A stretch of 64,000 nucleotides of DNA. Origin: Antedon mediterranea (lineage: Eukaryota; Animalia; Echinodermata). Both the position numbers and the translations under genes were made by a program. A model generated the notes under the pieces. That model did no database searches and was not told the origin of the DNA. It saw nothing but the letters and a program-made list of their open reading frames with translations. The stretch covers positions 4,441,888 through 4,505,887 of the forward strand of contig NC_092676.1 in assembly GCF_964355755.1 (NCBI RefSeq), read 5' to 3'. Every line of letters begins with the position of its first letter. Position 1 is the stretch's first letter. This document shows positions 36,701 to 45,007 of the stretch, piece by piece.

Positions 36701-38080
36701 AAGGTTTACAGAGATAGAACTTTTCAGCAATTTACAAACTTAAAAGAATTGTAAGCATTGATAGATCTACATACAAAACTTCAACTTATTATTCATAAAA
36801 GAGAAATATTTTGGCACATATGGCATTTCATACGTATACTATTTGAGCTTAAAACACCAAGTGTAACGTAAACAAGACAATAAATACAGACTTAGGGTAA
36901 ACTTAAAAGTATTGCAAAAGACATGTAGAAAACATGAATTTAAAAATTTTGAAATGTTGGTCCTGATCTATTTAAAACATCCTAAAATTTAATGAAATTC
37001 CTGTAAGATACAACAAATAATAACTTAGCATATGTTGCTATTTTTTATTCTTTTAGGTACTCGGAATACTCTAGTCTCTGTTGCCTTGTTGGCGCCATCG
37101 ATGTCTGCGAGCCTTCAGATGCATTTGCATCGTGTGAAGACTTGCTAAAAAATGAACTTCTCCGTGTGTTGATGATGATTATCGGGTTATCTTCGGTCAT
37201 TGGGAATGTTGTTGTTATCGTTTCACGAAAGTTTAAAAAAGATAATGATATTAACAATGTTAACAAAGTCCAAACCACACTAATTACCAACCTCGCCGTG
37301 TCTGACCTGCTGATGGCAGTCTACCTGATCATCATTGCCAGTGTGGATATACATTACAGAGGAAGATACGGAAAGGTTTCCAGAGTTTGGAGAAATAGTG
37401 TCCTTTGCAGTTTTGCAGGGGCTATTTCTACACTCTCTGGGCAATGCTCAGTGTTTACACTGATGCTGCTGAGTGTCGATCGAGCTATTAACATTGTTAA
37501 TCCATTTAGTACGAAACGCCTCAACCGTACAAAATGTCGAATCATTATAAGCTTCGGATGGCTATTCTGGATTGTGCTGAGTTTTCTTCCAGTAATAGCC
37601 AATGAATTAAACTTATCGTATTTTGGTGACAATTATTATGGAAAGGAAAGTGTGTGCCTTGCACTACCTTTAACCAGAAGTCGGTGGCCAGGTTGGGAGT
37701 ATGCTGTTGCTATTTTTGTTGCCTTTAATGGCGTCGGCTTTTTTGTAATTGTACTTAGTTATCTGACAATTTTCTTGTCAGTGAAAAGATCGGGGGCCAC
37801 TGTCAATAGAAGACAGAGGAGGAAAGAACAGTTAAAAATGGCGAGAAAACTAGGCTTAATAGTTTTCACTGATTTCTGTTGCTGGGCCCCGATTATAGTA
37901 ATGGCAATTGGTTCCGAGACGGGTTGGATGACGATTCCTGATGACATATATGTTTGGGCAGCGACATTCATCATACCCATCAACTCCTCAGTCAATCCGT
38001 ATCTTTACACAATTGCTTATATGTTTAAGTGCAAAGTGCGTCAACCGGCACCTGTACAGATTCCACTTAATACATTGTAA
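714..38080 (+). CDS. LRR-containing GPCR, type C LGR (GRL101/RXFP-like), 5'-partial; >=26 intact single-LRR exons plus a terminal hinge/7TM exon
   Basis: Series of AG..GT-bounded phase-2 exons, each encoding one typical LRR (xLxxNQIxTLxxxAFxGLxxLxxL), ending in exon 37057-38080 with the type-C hinge (LCC...CEP.DAFASCEDLL) and a class A 7TM. The signal peptide and any LDLa modules would lie upstream of the window. Confidence 0.92.
1624..1695 (+). CDS. LRR exon A2 SLYDNQISTLQANAFAGLTALETL
   Basis: ttttaag|72 nt|gtaagt. Confidence 0.85.
2401..2472 (+). CDS. LRR exon A3 YLSSNQISTLPANAFAGLAALRTL
   Basis: ttttaag|72 nt|gtaagt. Confidence 0.85.
3321..3392 (+). CDS. LRR exon A4 ELDNNQISTLPANAFAGLTALETL
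   Basis: ttttaag|72 nt|gtaagt. Confidence 0.85.
4238..4309 (+). CDS. LRR exon A5 YLYNNQISTLQANAFAGLAALETL
   Basis: ttttaag|72 nt|gtaagt. Confidence 0.85.
5159..5230 (+). CDS. LRR exon A6 DLENNQISTLPANVFAGLTALEYL
   Basis: ttttaag|72 nt|gtaagt. Confidence 0.85.
6071..6142 (+). CDS. LRR exon A7 FLYSNQISTLQANAFAGLTALETL
   Basis: ttttaag|72 nt|gtaagt. Confidence 0.85.
7452..7523 (+). CDS. LRR exon A8 SLSYNQISTLQANAFAGLTALKRL
   Basis: ttttaag|72 nt|gtaagt. Confidence 0.85.
7593..9746. mobile_element. Non-autonomous long-TIR (foldback/Academ-like) DNA element, left TIR truncated
   Basis: 7593-7985 is the reverse complement of 8927-9317; internal subrepeats carry AGGTCAAAGGTCA; the right end ...gacta abuts resumed intron repeat. 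Confidence 0.6.
10585..10656 (+). CDS. LRR exon A9 YLRYNQISTLQANVFAGLTALKYL
   Basis: ttttaag|72 nt|gtaagt. Confidence 0.85.
11496..11567 (+). pseudogene. LRR pseudo-exon A10 YLRYNQISTLQANVFAGLTALETL with donor mutated GT>AT
   Basis: Intact acceptor and ORF, but followed by ataagt instead of gtaagt; read-through gives CTA TAA (stop). Confidence 0.75.
12795..12866 (+). CDS. LRR exon A11 YLSDNQISTLPANTFAGLTALETL
   Basis: ttttaag|72 nt|gtaagt. Confidence 0.85.
14551..15311 (-). repeat. Inverted, exon-less copy of the class A intron unit
   Basis: Reverse complement matches the intron blocks, e.g. tatacagtagttgtactgcatgtactctattgtatgtac vs gtacatacaatagagtacatgcagtataactactgtata. Confidence 0.9.
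15330..15593 (-). mobile_element. 3' fragment of a non-LTR retrotransposon
   Basis: Minus strand reads NIPVCRTNRLKTSPALTISRILN, resembling the C-terminus of CR1/L2/Jockey-group ORF2, then an AT-rich 3'UTR. Confidence 0.4.
16167..16238 (+). CDS. LRR exon B WLDGNQIHTLEAYAFAGLESLTGL
   Basis: catttaag|72 nt|gtgagt. Confidence 0.82.
16433..17749 (-). mobile_element. Non-autonomous Helitron
   Basis: On the minus strand: A|TCTATATAT... start, and a 3' GC hairpin (ctagagggggagcgagcgaagcgagctcaccctctag) ending CTAG|T; absent from sister introns. Confidence 0.75.
18614..18685 (+). CDS. LRR exon B WFDFNQIHTLEAYAFAGLESLTGL
   Basis: catttaag|72 nt|gtgagt. Confidence 0.8.
18880..20196 (-). mobile_element. 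Non-autonomous Helitron (duplicate of 16433-17749)
   Basis: Same termini, +2447. Confidence 0.75.
21061..21132 (+). CDS. LRR exon B WFDFNQIHTLEAYAFAGLESLTEL
   Basis: catttaag|72 nt|gtgagt. Confidence 0.8.
21399..23453. mobile_element. Non-autonomous MULE/MuDR-like element, copy 1 (left TSD missing)
   Basis: Imperfect TIRs GAGTGTTGACAAAGTGCGAGGCAGCGAGGC / GCCTCGCTGCCTCGCACTTTGTTACTACCC with subterminal TGCGAGGCA repeats; nested degenerate inverted repeat ~22443-23268. Confidence 0.75.
23824..23895 (+). CDS. LRR exon B' RLEGNQIHTLEANAFSGLESLTEL
   Basis: catttaag|72 nt|gtgagt. Confidence 0.82.
24239..24310 (+). CDS. LRR exon C RLNGHKISTLPANAFNGSTALTTL
   Basis: ttttgaag|72 nt|gtaagt. Confidence 0.78.
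24614..26064 (+). mobile_element. Non-autonomous Helitron (second family member)
   Basis: A|TCTATATAT start, 3' hairpin ctagatggtacgcgagcgaagcgagcgtaccatCTAG|T; paralogous empty site near 31285. Confidence 0.75.
26639..26710 (+). CDS. LRR exon D RLDGNQISTLPALAFNGLSALTDL
   Basis: ctttgtag|72 nt|gtgagt; also the tail of ORF 26526..26714. Confidence 0.85.
27127..27190 (+). pseudogene. Truncated LRR exon B' RLEGNQIHTLEAYAFASLES (3' end and donor eroded)
   Basis: Acceptor intact; the gacagaact|gtgagt seen in sister copies is replaced by tggagttt. Confidence 0.7.
27245..27890 (+). mobile_element. 5'-truncated LINE (CR1/L2-group-like) ORF2 C-terminus with AATAAA and (GAAT)n tail
   Basis: ORFs 27252..27515 and 27540..27785 (YLGHVIS..DDFDIKRQ..., FRTYC..MY), in-frame stop between them; microsatellite tail. 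Confidence 0.8.
29979..30056 (+). CDS. 78-nt LRR exon PNLVESNQIRTLEANAFNGLTSLPEL
   Basis: ttttttag|78 nt|gtgagt, in frame, phase 2-2. Confidence 0.65.
30280..30348 (+). mobile_element. tRNA-derived SINE head / tRNA pseudogene
   Basis: A-box-like TGGTCTAGAGG and B-box-like GGCTCGAGTCCC; acceptor-like ends ctcgg/ccgag. Confidence 0.5.
30521..30592 (+). CDS. LRR exon WLRDFNISTLPANAFLGLTTLTLL
   Basis: ttccttgaaaag|72 nt|gtgagt. Confidence 0.72.
31050..31121 (+). CDS. LRR exon RLDGNQIRKLPANVFNGLIALTDM
   Basis: tttttgtag|72 nt|gtgagt. Confidence 0.82.
31565..31636 (+). CDS. LRR exon B WLDGNQIHTLEAYAFAGLESLTEL
   Basis: catttaag|72 nt|gtgagt. Confidence 0.83.
31945..32016 (+). CDS. LRR exon C RLNAHKISTLPANAFNGLTALTTL
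   Basis: ttttgaag|72 nt|gtaagt. Confidence 0.8.
32692..32763 (+). CDS. LRR exon D RLEGNQISTLPARAFNGLSALTDL
   Basis: ttttgtag|72 nt|gtgagt. Confidence 0.85.
32838..34915. mobile_element. Non-autonomous MULE/MuDR-like element, copy 2, with 9-bp TSD ATGTAGAAT
   Basis: TSD at 32829-32837 and 34916-34924; single-copy empty site at 26776-26784; a 9-bp TSD and G-rich TIR ends fit the Mutator superfamily. Confidence 0.82.
35286..35357 (+). CDS. LRR exon B' RLEGNQIHTLEANAFSGLESLTEL
   Basis: catttaag|72 nt|gtgagt. Confidence 0.83.
35707..35778 (+). CDS. LRR exon C RLNGHKISTLPANAFNGLTALTTL
   Basis: ttttgaag|72 nt|gtaagt. Confidence 0.8.
35965..36039 (+). CDS. Unique 75-nt LRR exon NLDNNAITTIDPEAFSFVVSSLSIL
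   Basis: ttttaacag|75 nt|gtaagt, phase 2-2. Confidence 0.82.
36679..36750 (+). CDS. Last LRR exon KLRGNKLKVYRDRTFQQFTNLKEL
   Basis: atttttag|72 nt|gtaagc. Confidence 0.82.
37057..38080 (+). CDS. Terminal exon: LGR type-C hinge (YSEYSSLCCLVGAIDVCEPSDAFASCEDLL) and intronless 7TM
   Basis: ORF 37142..38080 extended to the acceptor ttttag. Motifs: NLAVSDLLM (TM2), W..S..C (ECL1/TM3), DRA, SVCLALPL (ECL2), IVFTDFCCWAPI (TM6), PINSSVNPYLYT (TM7). Confidence 0.95.
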
Positions 38081-38792
38081 TTTGGCTATTTATTGCATTC
38101 AATCTTTGATCAGAGAGTTGCAATTAAGAACTCTCTGCTTTGATCTTGTTTTAATCACATTTTTATCACTGTACCTGTAAACTTTTTACTAATATCATTT
38201 AAAAGCATTTTATTATTATACAATTATCTTAATTCTTGTACAATTCATATTTTTGTTTGTGCTAAAAAGATTTAAGAATTTATATGTCAAGATTGTAGAA
38301 TATTTAATGAATTCATCAATGTAGTTTGCTAATTTAAATTTTCAAGATTTCAGTATATTTATATGCCCAATTAAATTATTCATCAATGTATTTTGGTAAT
38401 GTTGTTTTATAATTGTCAAGATTTTAGTATATATAATTTATTCAATTTATTTTAAGTTTTGTCACGATTTTAAAGAAATACATCTATTCCTAATTAGTAA
38501 TTTCATTATTGATCTGTGGATGTTTCATAGATTCAAACTACTTTATTCATTAATAGTTGTAAATTATTGTTAATTGGTAACTAGTTTGGTGAATATTACG
38601 CGAGTTCTATCTAAACCATCTATGGTAATTTGGTTTTTATAAATATGTCTGAAAAACTTTTAGTATCTTCTAAATACATAAGTCAATCTAGTCTAGTTTT
38701 AGTTTAAACAATGTTTTGAGTTAAGTACTCCATTAAACATGGTTTAAGTTGTCTAACATTGTTTGAAACATGAAAAGAAATCTGATTTTATC

Positions 38793-38798
38793 AATAAA
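38793..38798 (+). terminator. Candidate polyadenylation signal of the GPCR gene
   Basis: AATAAA about 0.7 kb after the stop, followed by a T/GT-rich stretch; the AT-rich background makes this weak. Confidence 0.3.
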
Positions 38799-39487
38799 GT
38801 AAAATTAAATAATATTTGTTGAATCCCAGTATTTCATTTTTGTTTTGGAATTTATAAATAAGACAGCTAATTCTTAAACTCCCATTGGTGACAATATGAC
38901 CAACTTTTACTTTCAAAACTTTACAATATTAATACTGGAAATGAATGTTTCATGAGGACTACTTCTAAAAGCAAAATCTATACGTGACTACGACCTATGA
39001 TAGACAATTTTGACAGACTTGATTTGGTGTTTTATACAGGATAAGAAAAATGTCAGCCATTTTGAAGTATATTTTAACCATCTTGTATTTTTAAAAGTGA
39101 TTTTCTTGCCAAAATCGGATGCTTTAATACTAATATTTGGGTAAAAGAGAAAACGGCCATTTTTTGTTTAGTTTTTTTTCTTCCTTTTCTCTATTTTTGA
39201 TATGTTGTTCAGATGGGTCTTAGGAAGTACAACAAAAATAAATTCTGTTCTAATTTTGTCTAGGTCAAACCATAGTTTGACCGGACTAATGAATGGTCTT
39301 TCACACATGCTCCAGTCTGGTACAGCAAATTAAACATTTCATGACGAAAACGCGATATACGCGTAGCATCATTTATCGTGTAAACAAATCATGCATGGAA
39401 AGCAGCCAGCAGATGTTGAAAAGGCATTACAATATTACATTATTATACTAACATTTCTAAAATGAAAATTGTGTTTAAATAGAAAAA

Positions 39488-41988
39488 TTAAGAATTAGTC
39501 ACAAATGTTAACAATTGAGGCTTAAACATTGTATACATATGCCAGTCCTCAGTTGCTGTTAAATCTATTGAGTTGATTGTTTTATACATATTAATTGCTG
39601 GTTTATTCCAACCCAGCACTGCCCACTGCATTCTCTGGCAACCTTTCTCTAAACCAATCTGAAAAAAATTAGAATGTTGTTATGAGTTAGAAATTATTTA
39701 TATTATATATTCATTAATTATTCACGTTTTTCAGTTATTTTTTGACATAATTACCTCAGCAACCCTTCTCATCAAAATTCTTCCGTAACCTCTTTCTATA
39801 AAATTTAAGCAAAGAATAACATTGATATTTTCTTTTTTGGTGACATGCTATTGACTTTTTATTGAAATTTGGTTTATATTACCAGAAAGCATTTTTTAAA
39901 TATTAAAACCATTTTTAGTCGCGTGGAAGCGACTCTATAGTTCACTATGTCGGTCGGTCGGTCGGTCTGTCTGTCTGTCTGTCTGTCGGTCCGGTATCAC
40001 TATGCGTTTTATCGCTTTATGACCTTATCTTGATATCAGTTTAATCTAGCTAAATCAATTTTTCACAGAATATTCCTTATGGCCAGGAATCGATGTGGTT
40101 ATGTTTTCACGGTGCGCAATAAAAAATTACGCGGTCTACGCACGATTTAACGAAATCACGTTTGTAATCATATCTTAACAACCATGAATCACAATTAAAT
40201 AAAATTTGGTACTCATAAATTTCAGGGCATAAATCATCATATGGCAATACAATTACGTGCGTAGCGCATGTAACGCATGCGTACGCGCGCCTAAAATTTT
40301 CAAAATTTATTTTCGATGAAATAAGAGTACGTTTCAGGCAATTTTAAGCGTTTACAAAATTGCCATGAGTGCGCAGATTTTTGCGCGCGCACTACGCGTT
40401 AAATGTTATTGCGCACTCTTTTTGCCCGATTTCTGTTTTCTTGACTTACTTTTCAACTCGAAATTACGTTATACGAGCACGTCAAAAGTGACAGGCTACG
40501 CACGTGTAAATTAAAAAAATATAAATGTTTTTAAACATTTCAACATTTTTAAACATGTTCAGTAATTTCGGTCAGTATAGTTCACTATGTCGGTCGGTCC
40601 GTCTGTCTGTCGGTCTGTCTGTCTGTCGGTCTGTTTGTCTGTCGGTCCGGTATCACTATGCATTGTAGCACGCGACTTAATGGCTGTTGGCCTTGTTTTG
40701 GTTTTGGTTGGATTTCAACTAAGAATGTTCAGTTTTAGCAGAGAAAAATAATAATAACATAGTTAGAAATACACATCACTTTAATTTTGACCGATTGCAA
40801 CCAATCAAAATCTTTGGATGCATTCAGATACCTTAAAGGTCAGTTAGTAGTAGGTCATAGGTCAGTTAGTAGGTCATTTACATCTGAACTCTTTCATGAT
40901 ATACAGGTCTTCCATATAAACCACCTTTCCCTTCCAAGTACTGTATGTATAGAAGAAAACGCTGTAACCAATTACTTTAAATGTCTCTACTTCTGGTCTT
41001 TTATATTCCGCTACTATGCAAGACACAATGCTTCCTGGATCAAATATATCCTTCTGTAGACCTGAAAAAACAAGAGTTTTAACAAGTTCGATAAACATCT
41101 CACAGGAAAGCTACATTTCAGAAGACAAGTGTGCAAGTGCGAGTTTTAATTATGTACACTTTTTTGCACAAACCTTTATAATAATAAACACCGGCTCACA
41201 TTAAATTGTTGAAATGAAATAGACAGTAGACTTCAATGACATGCATGACGTATGGTACCATATGTAATAGACAGTAGACTTCAATGACATGCATGACGTA
41301 TGGTACCATATGTAATAGACAGTAGACTTCAATGACATGCATGACGTATGGTACCATATGTAATAGACAGTAGACTTCAATGACATGCATGACGTATGGT
41401 ACCATATGTAATTTCAGAAAAGACAGTATAGAAGAATAGATTTTGCAAGTGACGCATCAGGAACAGTGCCTAAAAAGTGGTTTCCCAAAATAATGGTATT
41501 TTTCCGGGCGGAATTTGTATGTGCTCAAAAATTTATTGAAACGATCTATATATTATTCAAAGAGCCAGGCTTCCGGGGCCCTTGGCGGTCCCCAGCCTAA
41601 TGGTGCTCGCTTTTCTCACAAAGTATTTAATTTTTATACGTTGTTGTTCAATCGTTTGAGATTATGGTGAAAAAGAGTAAGATTTTAGTTCAGTGGCATG
41701 AGAGCTTGCAGTTGGGTAAAACTGAAAGCCTCACTAATCTGTACTGGACATGTATGGGTAATTTGTGCTTAAATTTAGTAATGTTACAATAGTGTACCCT
41801 ATTTAATATACCTATACTGCACTACTCCTTGTATTTTGTATTTTTAATGTAATGTGCAGTATACCTTCAGTAGTGTTTTCTACTTGATCTTCAGAATTTT
41901 CAAACACTGCTAATTCCACAATCATCTTCATTATCGCAGCGCAATCCTCCGGTCTTGCATCTCGTATACAGAAGTTGCCATCTTCCAT
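39488..41988 (-). CDS. SAT2: Spermidine/spermine (diamine/thialysine) N-acetyltransferase, SAT1/SAT2 family GNAT; possible nonsense allele
   Basis: Exons 41865-41988 (MEDGNFCIRDARPEDC..ELAVFE), 40882-41061 (..FFYTYSTWKGKVVYMEDLYIMKEFR), 39755-39795 (RGYGRILMRRVAE), 39488-39658 (..MQWAVLGWNKPAI..). SAT1 vs SAT2 cannot be resolved by eye; the exon 2/3 junction codon reads T|AA. Confidence 0.8.
39912..40699 (+). mobile_element. Helentron-associated HINE/DINE-like element
   Basis: T-run flanks, subterminal inverted repeat agtcgcgtg/cacgcgact, (GTCG/GTCT)n microsatellite, short 3' stem-loop. Confidence 0.6.
41218..41411. repeat. 48-bp minisatellite x4 in SAT intron 1
   Basis: aatagacagtagacttcaatgacatgcatgacgtatggtaccatatgt repeated 4 times. 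Confidence 0.95.
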
Positions 41989-43799
41989 TTTCCTGCTACT
42001 GTACTACTTCTACTATATATAGGATATCAGAATGTTTGTAAATGTTAACAATGCATGACAGCATTAGACATTGAATTTCATTTTGTTATTTCCATAAACT
42101 CTTTAATACCTTACTTTATACTGTACAGCATCGCTCTATGCTCTTACAGGAAGATAAACTGAAACAATATTTATTTCGCTTACCTGCTAACTAACGAACT
42201 CCTGATTTTACAGAATAATGCAAAATATTTAATAACTAAATGAATGATGGGTTTATTTTGATGGATCTTTTATCTTTATAAAAGAAAACTAATAAAAATC
42301 TGGCCTACAGTAGCTGCTTTAAACCAACCAGAAATAGGTAAAAATCAGGAGGCGATAGAGAAATACTTACATTAACATTTTTACTAATATTAGCAGTCCT
42401 GTCCAAATAATGGTGCATATTGATAACGTTTAGTCCATACACAAATTCATCATTAGTGTGCCGCTGATGAAATATTTATTTTCCTCATTTTGACAATGCG
42501 GTATGGAGGAACATAGGATAACTACCAAAACCGCAAATGGAAGTCATCTAATATTATATGATGTTTGTCATGAAAAATGAATCATGAAGTACTGCAGGTA
42601 CTGTATTTTGGGATATATTTTTTTCTTTTTTGCTTCTGCTGCAGAATCCAATTTAAAAACATTCACCTGCTCGGCAGTAATAGTCCGGTCCCTAAGGGGA
42701 AATGATGTTACCATAGTGGATACAAGTGTGCCCTTTGGCATGTTGATAGAACATGATATGGAGATACCAAAACAAAGTTACTGGAAATCTGATTTGACCT
42801 CTGTGACCTCTGACCTCAATTTTTATATTTCTATCTTAAACAGCCATATCTCGGCAACGGGTTGGACAATTGAAATGATATTGGTGTCAAATAGGTCAGA
42901 GGGTACATATTTATATTCGCTCTAATAGAACTTTTTAAAAATAAACGACCCGAAATGTAATTTCTGAATGTTTTGACCTTTGACCTCGGCTTACTATATC
43001 TCAATAACTACTGGTCAAAATTTTTTGAAGTTTGTTTCAAATTGATAAGAGCATACATATTTATATATACTCTAATTAAACATGTTCTTCCAAATTCACA
43101 GGAAATGTCATTTACTGACCTTTGACCTTTACTGTTTGAATATTTCTGTATCTCTGTAACCAAATGTCAAAAAAAGTTCAGTTTGGTATCAAATTGTTCA
43201 GAATGTAAACATTTATATTAACTCTAATAGAAGATGTTATCATATTTTTACTGAAAATGCCAGTTATCGCAGTTTGAGGTATGACCAGGATATACTGTTA
43301 AGTGTGCGCGTGTCATACTTATATACCCAAAATATAGATTTAATGGACCAGAACTTTATCCAATATCCTAGTTAGTTTACCTCTTACAATTTTCTTTAAA
43401 CTTAAATTTTCATTTAATTTCAATATATAATTCCATCGCATGGTAGGCCTACACCAAAGAGCAACACTCAATATCAACATAAAATTAGATAAACTTAAAG
43501 TTGATTAACATTTTAAAAAAAAGAAAGAAAATCAAGAACTTAAAGAAATAAAAGAAGAATTAACCAATGCGTTTTGATACTCATAAAACATATGACCTAA
43601 TTACCAATTCATTGCTTGAAGTATGCTGAAAAAATGAAATGTTGAAAACAGTGAGGAAAAAGCGAAGAAAAAGTGAAAAATAAAAACATATGCTTAAAAT
43701 ATTAGAAATCTGAAAAGGATCAAAGACAAATTAATTACAAAGCTGATTTCTTTCCAAGAACATTCTGTAGTGGAATATAAAAGGAAAACGAACCAGTTA

Positions 43800-44400
43800 G
43801 CATTCAAAAATATTACCATCTATTCTTGTAGAGAAAGTGAAAGAGGCTTTAAGGCAAATGCAAGAAAACAAAGCTCCAACACTGATGATGAAAAATGAGG
43901 CAATGACACATTCAGTTCATAACAATTACAACAAAATCTTTGAAACCAGAATAACTGAAGAGAAGCAATGATCTACTTTAATCCACAAAATCATGACAAA
44001 ACTGACATCAACCATTACCGACCAAATGAAAATTATCACATGTACACAAATAATTTACAAAAGTAATAAAAAAAAATCAGAGACCGACTAGAAGTAAATA
44101 AACCAAGATATAAGGCTTCATAGAGTAGGACCATCTTATAAACTTTATCAATCAATTAAAATAAAAATGAAATGAATTGCACTAAATCTTTGATTTAGAG
44201 ATTATCAGAAAGCATTTGACTCAATAAAACAGGCATTACCATATTAGAGGGAATTATTATACCTCAACAAAATAATATTGATTATGATCGCTCAAAGAGA
44301 AATTAAGGAAGATTAGTAAGACAAGGAGACATTTAAGATCTTCACTGCATTGGAAGAGGTGTTTAATCAAAGAGCTAATCTAAGAAATAGAGTAAATATC
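43800..44400 (+). mobile_element. Degenerate RTE-clade LINE reverse transcriptase remnant
   Basis: Frameshifted motifs NKAP, LIHK..DK.DI.HYRP, DHL..INQ, DYQKAFDSI. Confidence 0.6.
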
Positions 44401-44875
44401 ACTTATAAAAAATTAACCAAAACCACATTGACTTCCTGCCTATGTTTTGCTTTAAATTACATTTTTTTAGGTATGCACTATATCATTTTTTTTTTCGATC
44501 CAATTTTTGGTGAAAGTGAATAACTATTATGTGACATTAAAATTGCATATTCAACAAAAATATTTGTAAAAATTACTTTGTCAGGGGGACAATAATTATA
44601 TATATAATTAATAATATAATTAATAATTATAGCATGTGATATTATTAGCAAATATTTCAAATGTAGTTTTGAAACTTTCCCATTACAAACAATTGCCATA
44701 ATTCTGATAACATTACAATACACCCATCCTCTGGGACTTATTTTTAAATGTAGCTTAAAACAGTACAATTCTGGCCATTTTTATGTGTATAGATGCATGC
44801 AGTACAGTAGCATTGGAAAAGAAAGAGAGGGGAGGTGGTTGGGGTGGATGGAGAGACACATTTTTGTTACATGTT

Positions 44876-45007
44876 TGTCTACACTATCAAACTAGTTTAA
44901 CAAAAAAGGTTTGATGTCCCCAAATATGGTAGTGATGATGTCCTCGTGTCCATATATGGGCACATCACATTTGTTTGTCACATAAAGTTTGATAGTGTAG
45001 ACAGAGT
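44876..45007. mobile_element. ~140-bp Harbinger-like MITE; family copies also at 47230-47323, 48060-48168, 51275-51377, 60065-60201
   Basis: TIR AGCTCTGTCTACACTATCAAACT / AGTTTGATAGTGTAGACAGAGCT; TAA flanks at the 60065 copy; this copy is nested in another inverted repeat (~44822-45080). Confidence 0.7.

Noticed and set aside
37045-37995. Minus-strand ORFs over the 7TM exon
   Set aside because: Antisense shadows of the GPCR coding sequence.
41196-41405. Repetitive ORFs MVPYVMHVIEVYCLLH and MSLKSTVYYIWYHTSC
   Set aside because: Artefacts of a 48-bp intronic minisatellite.
42584-42925. 113-aa ORF as a gene
   Set aside because: Runs across a transposon TIR boundary and has no recognisable domain.
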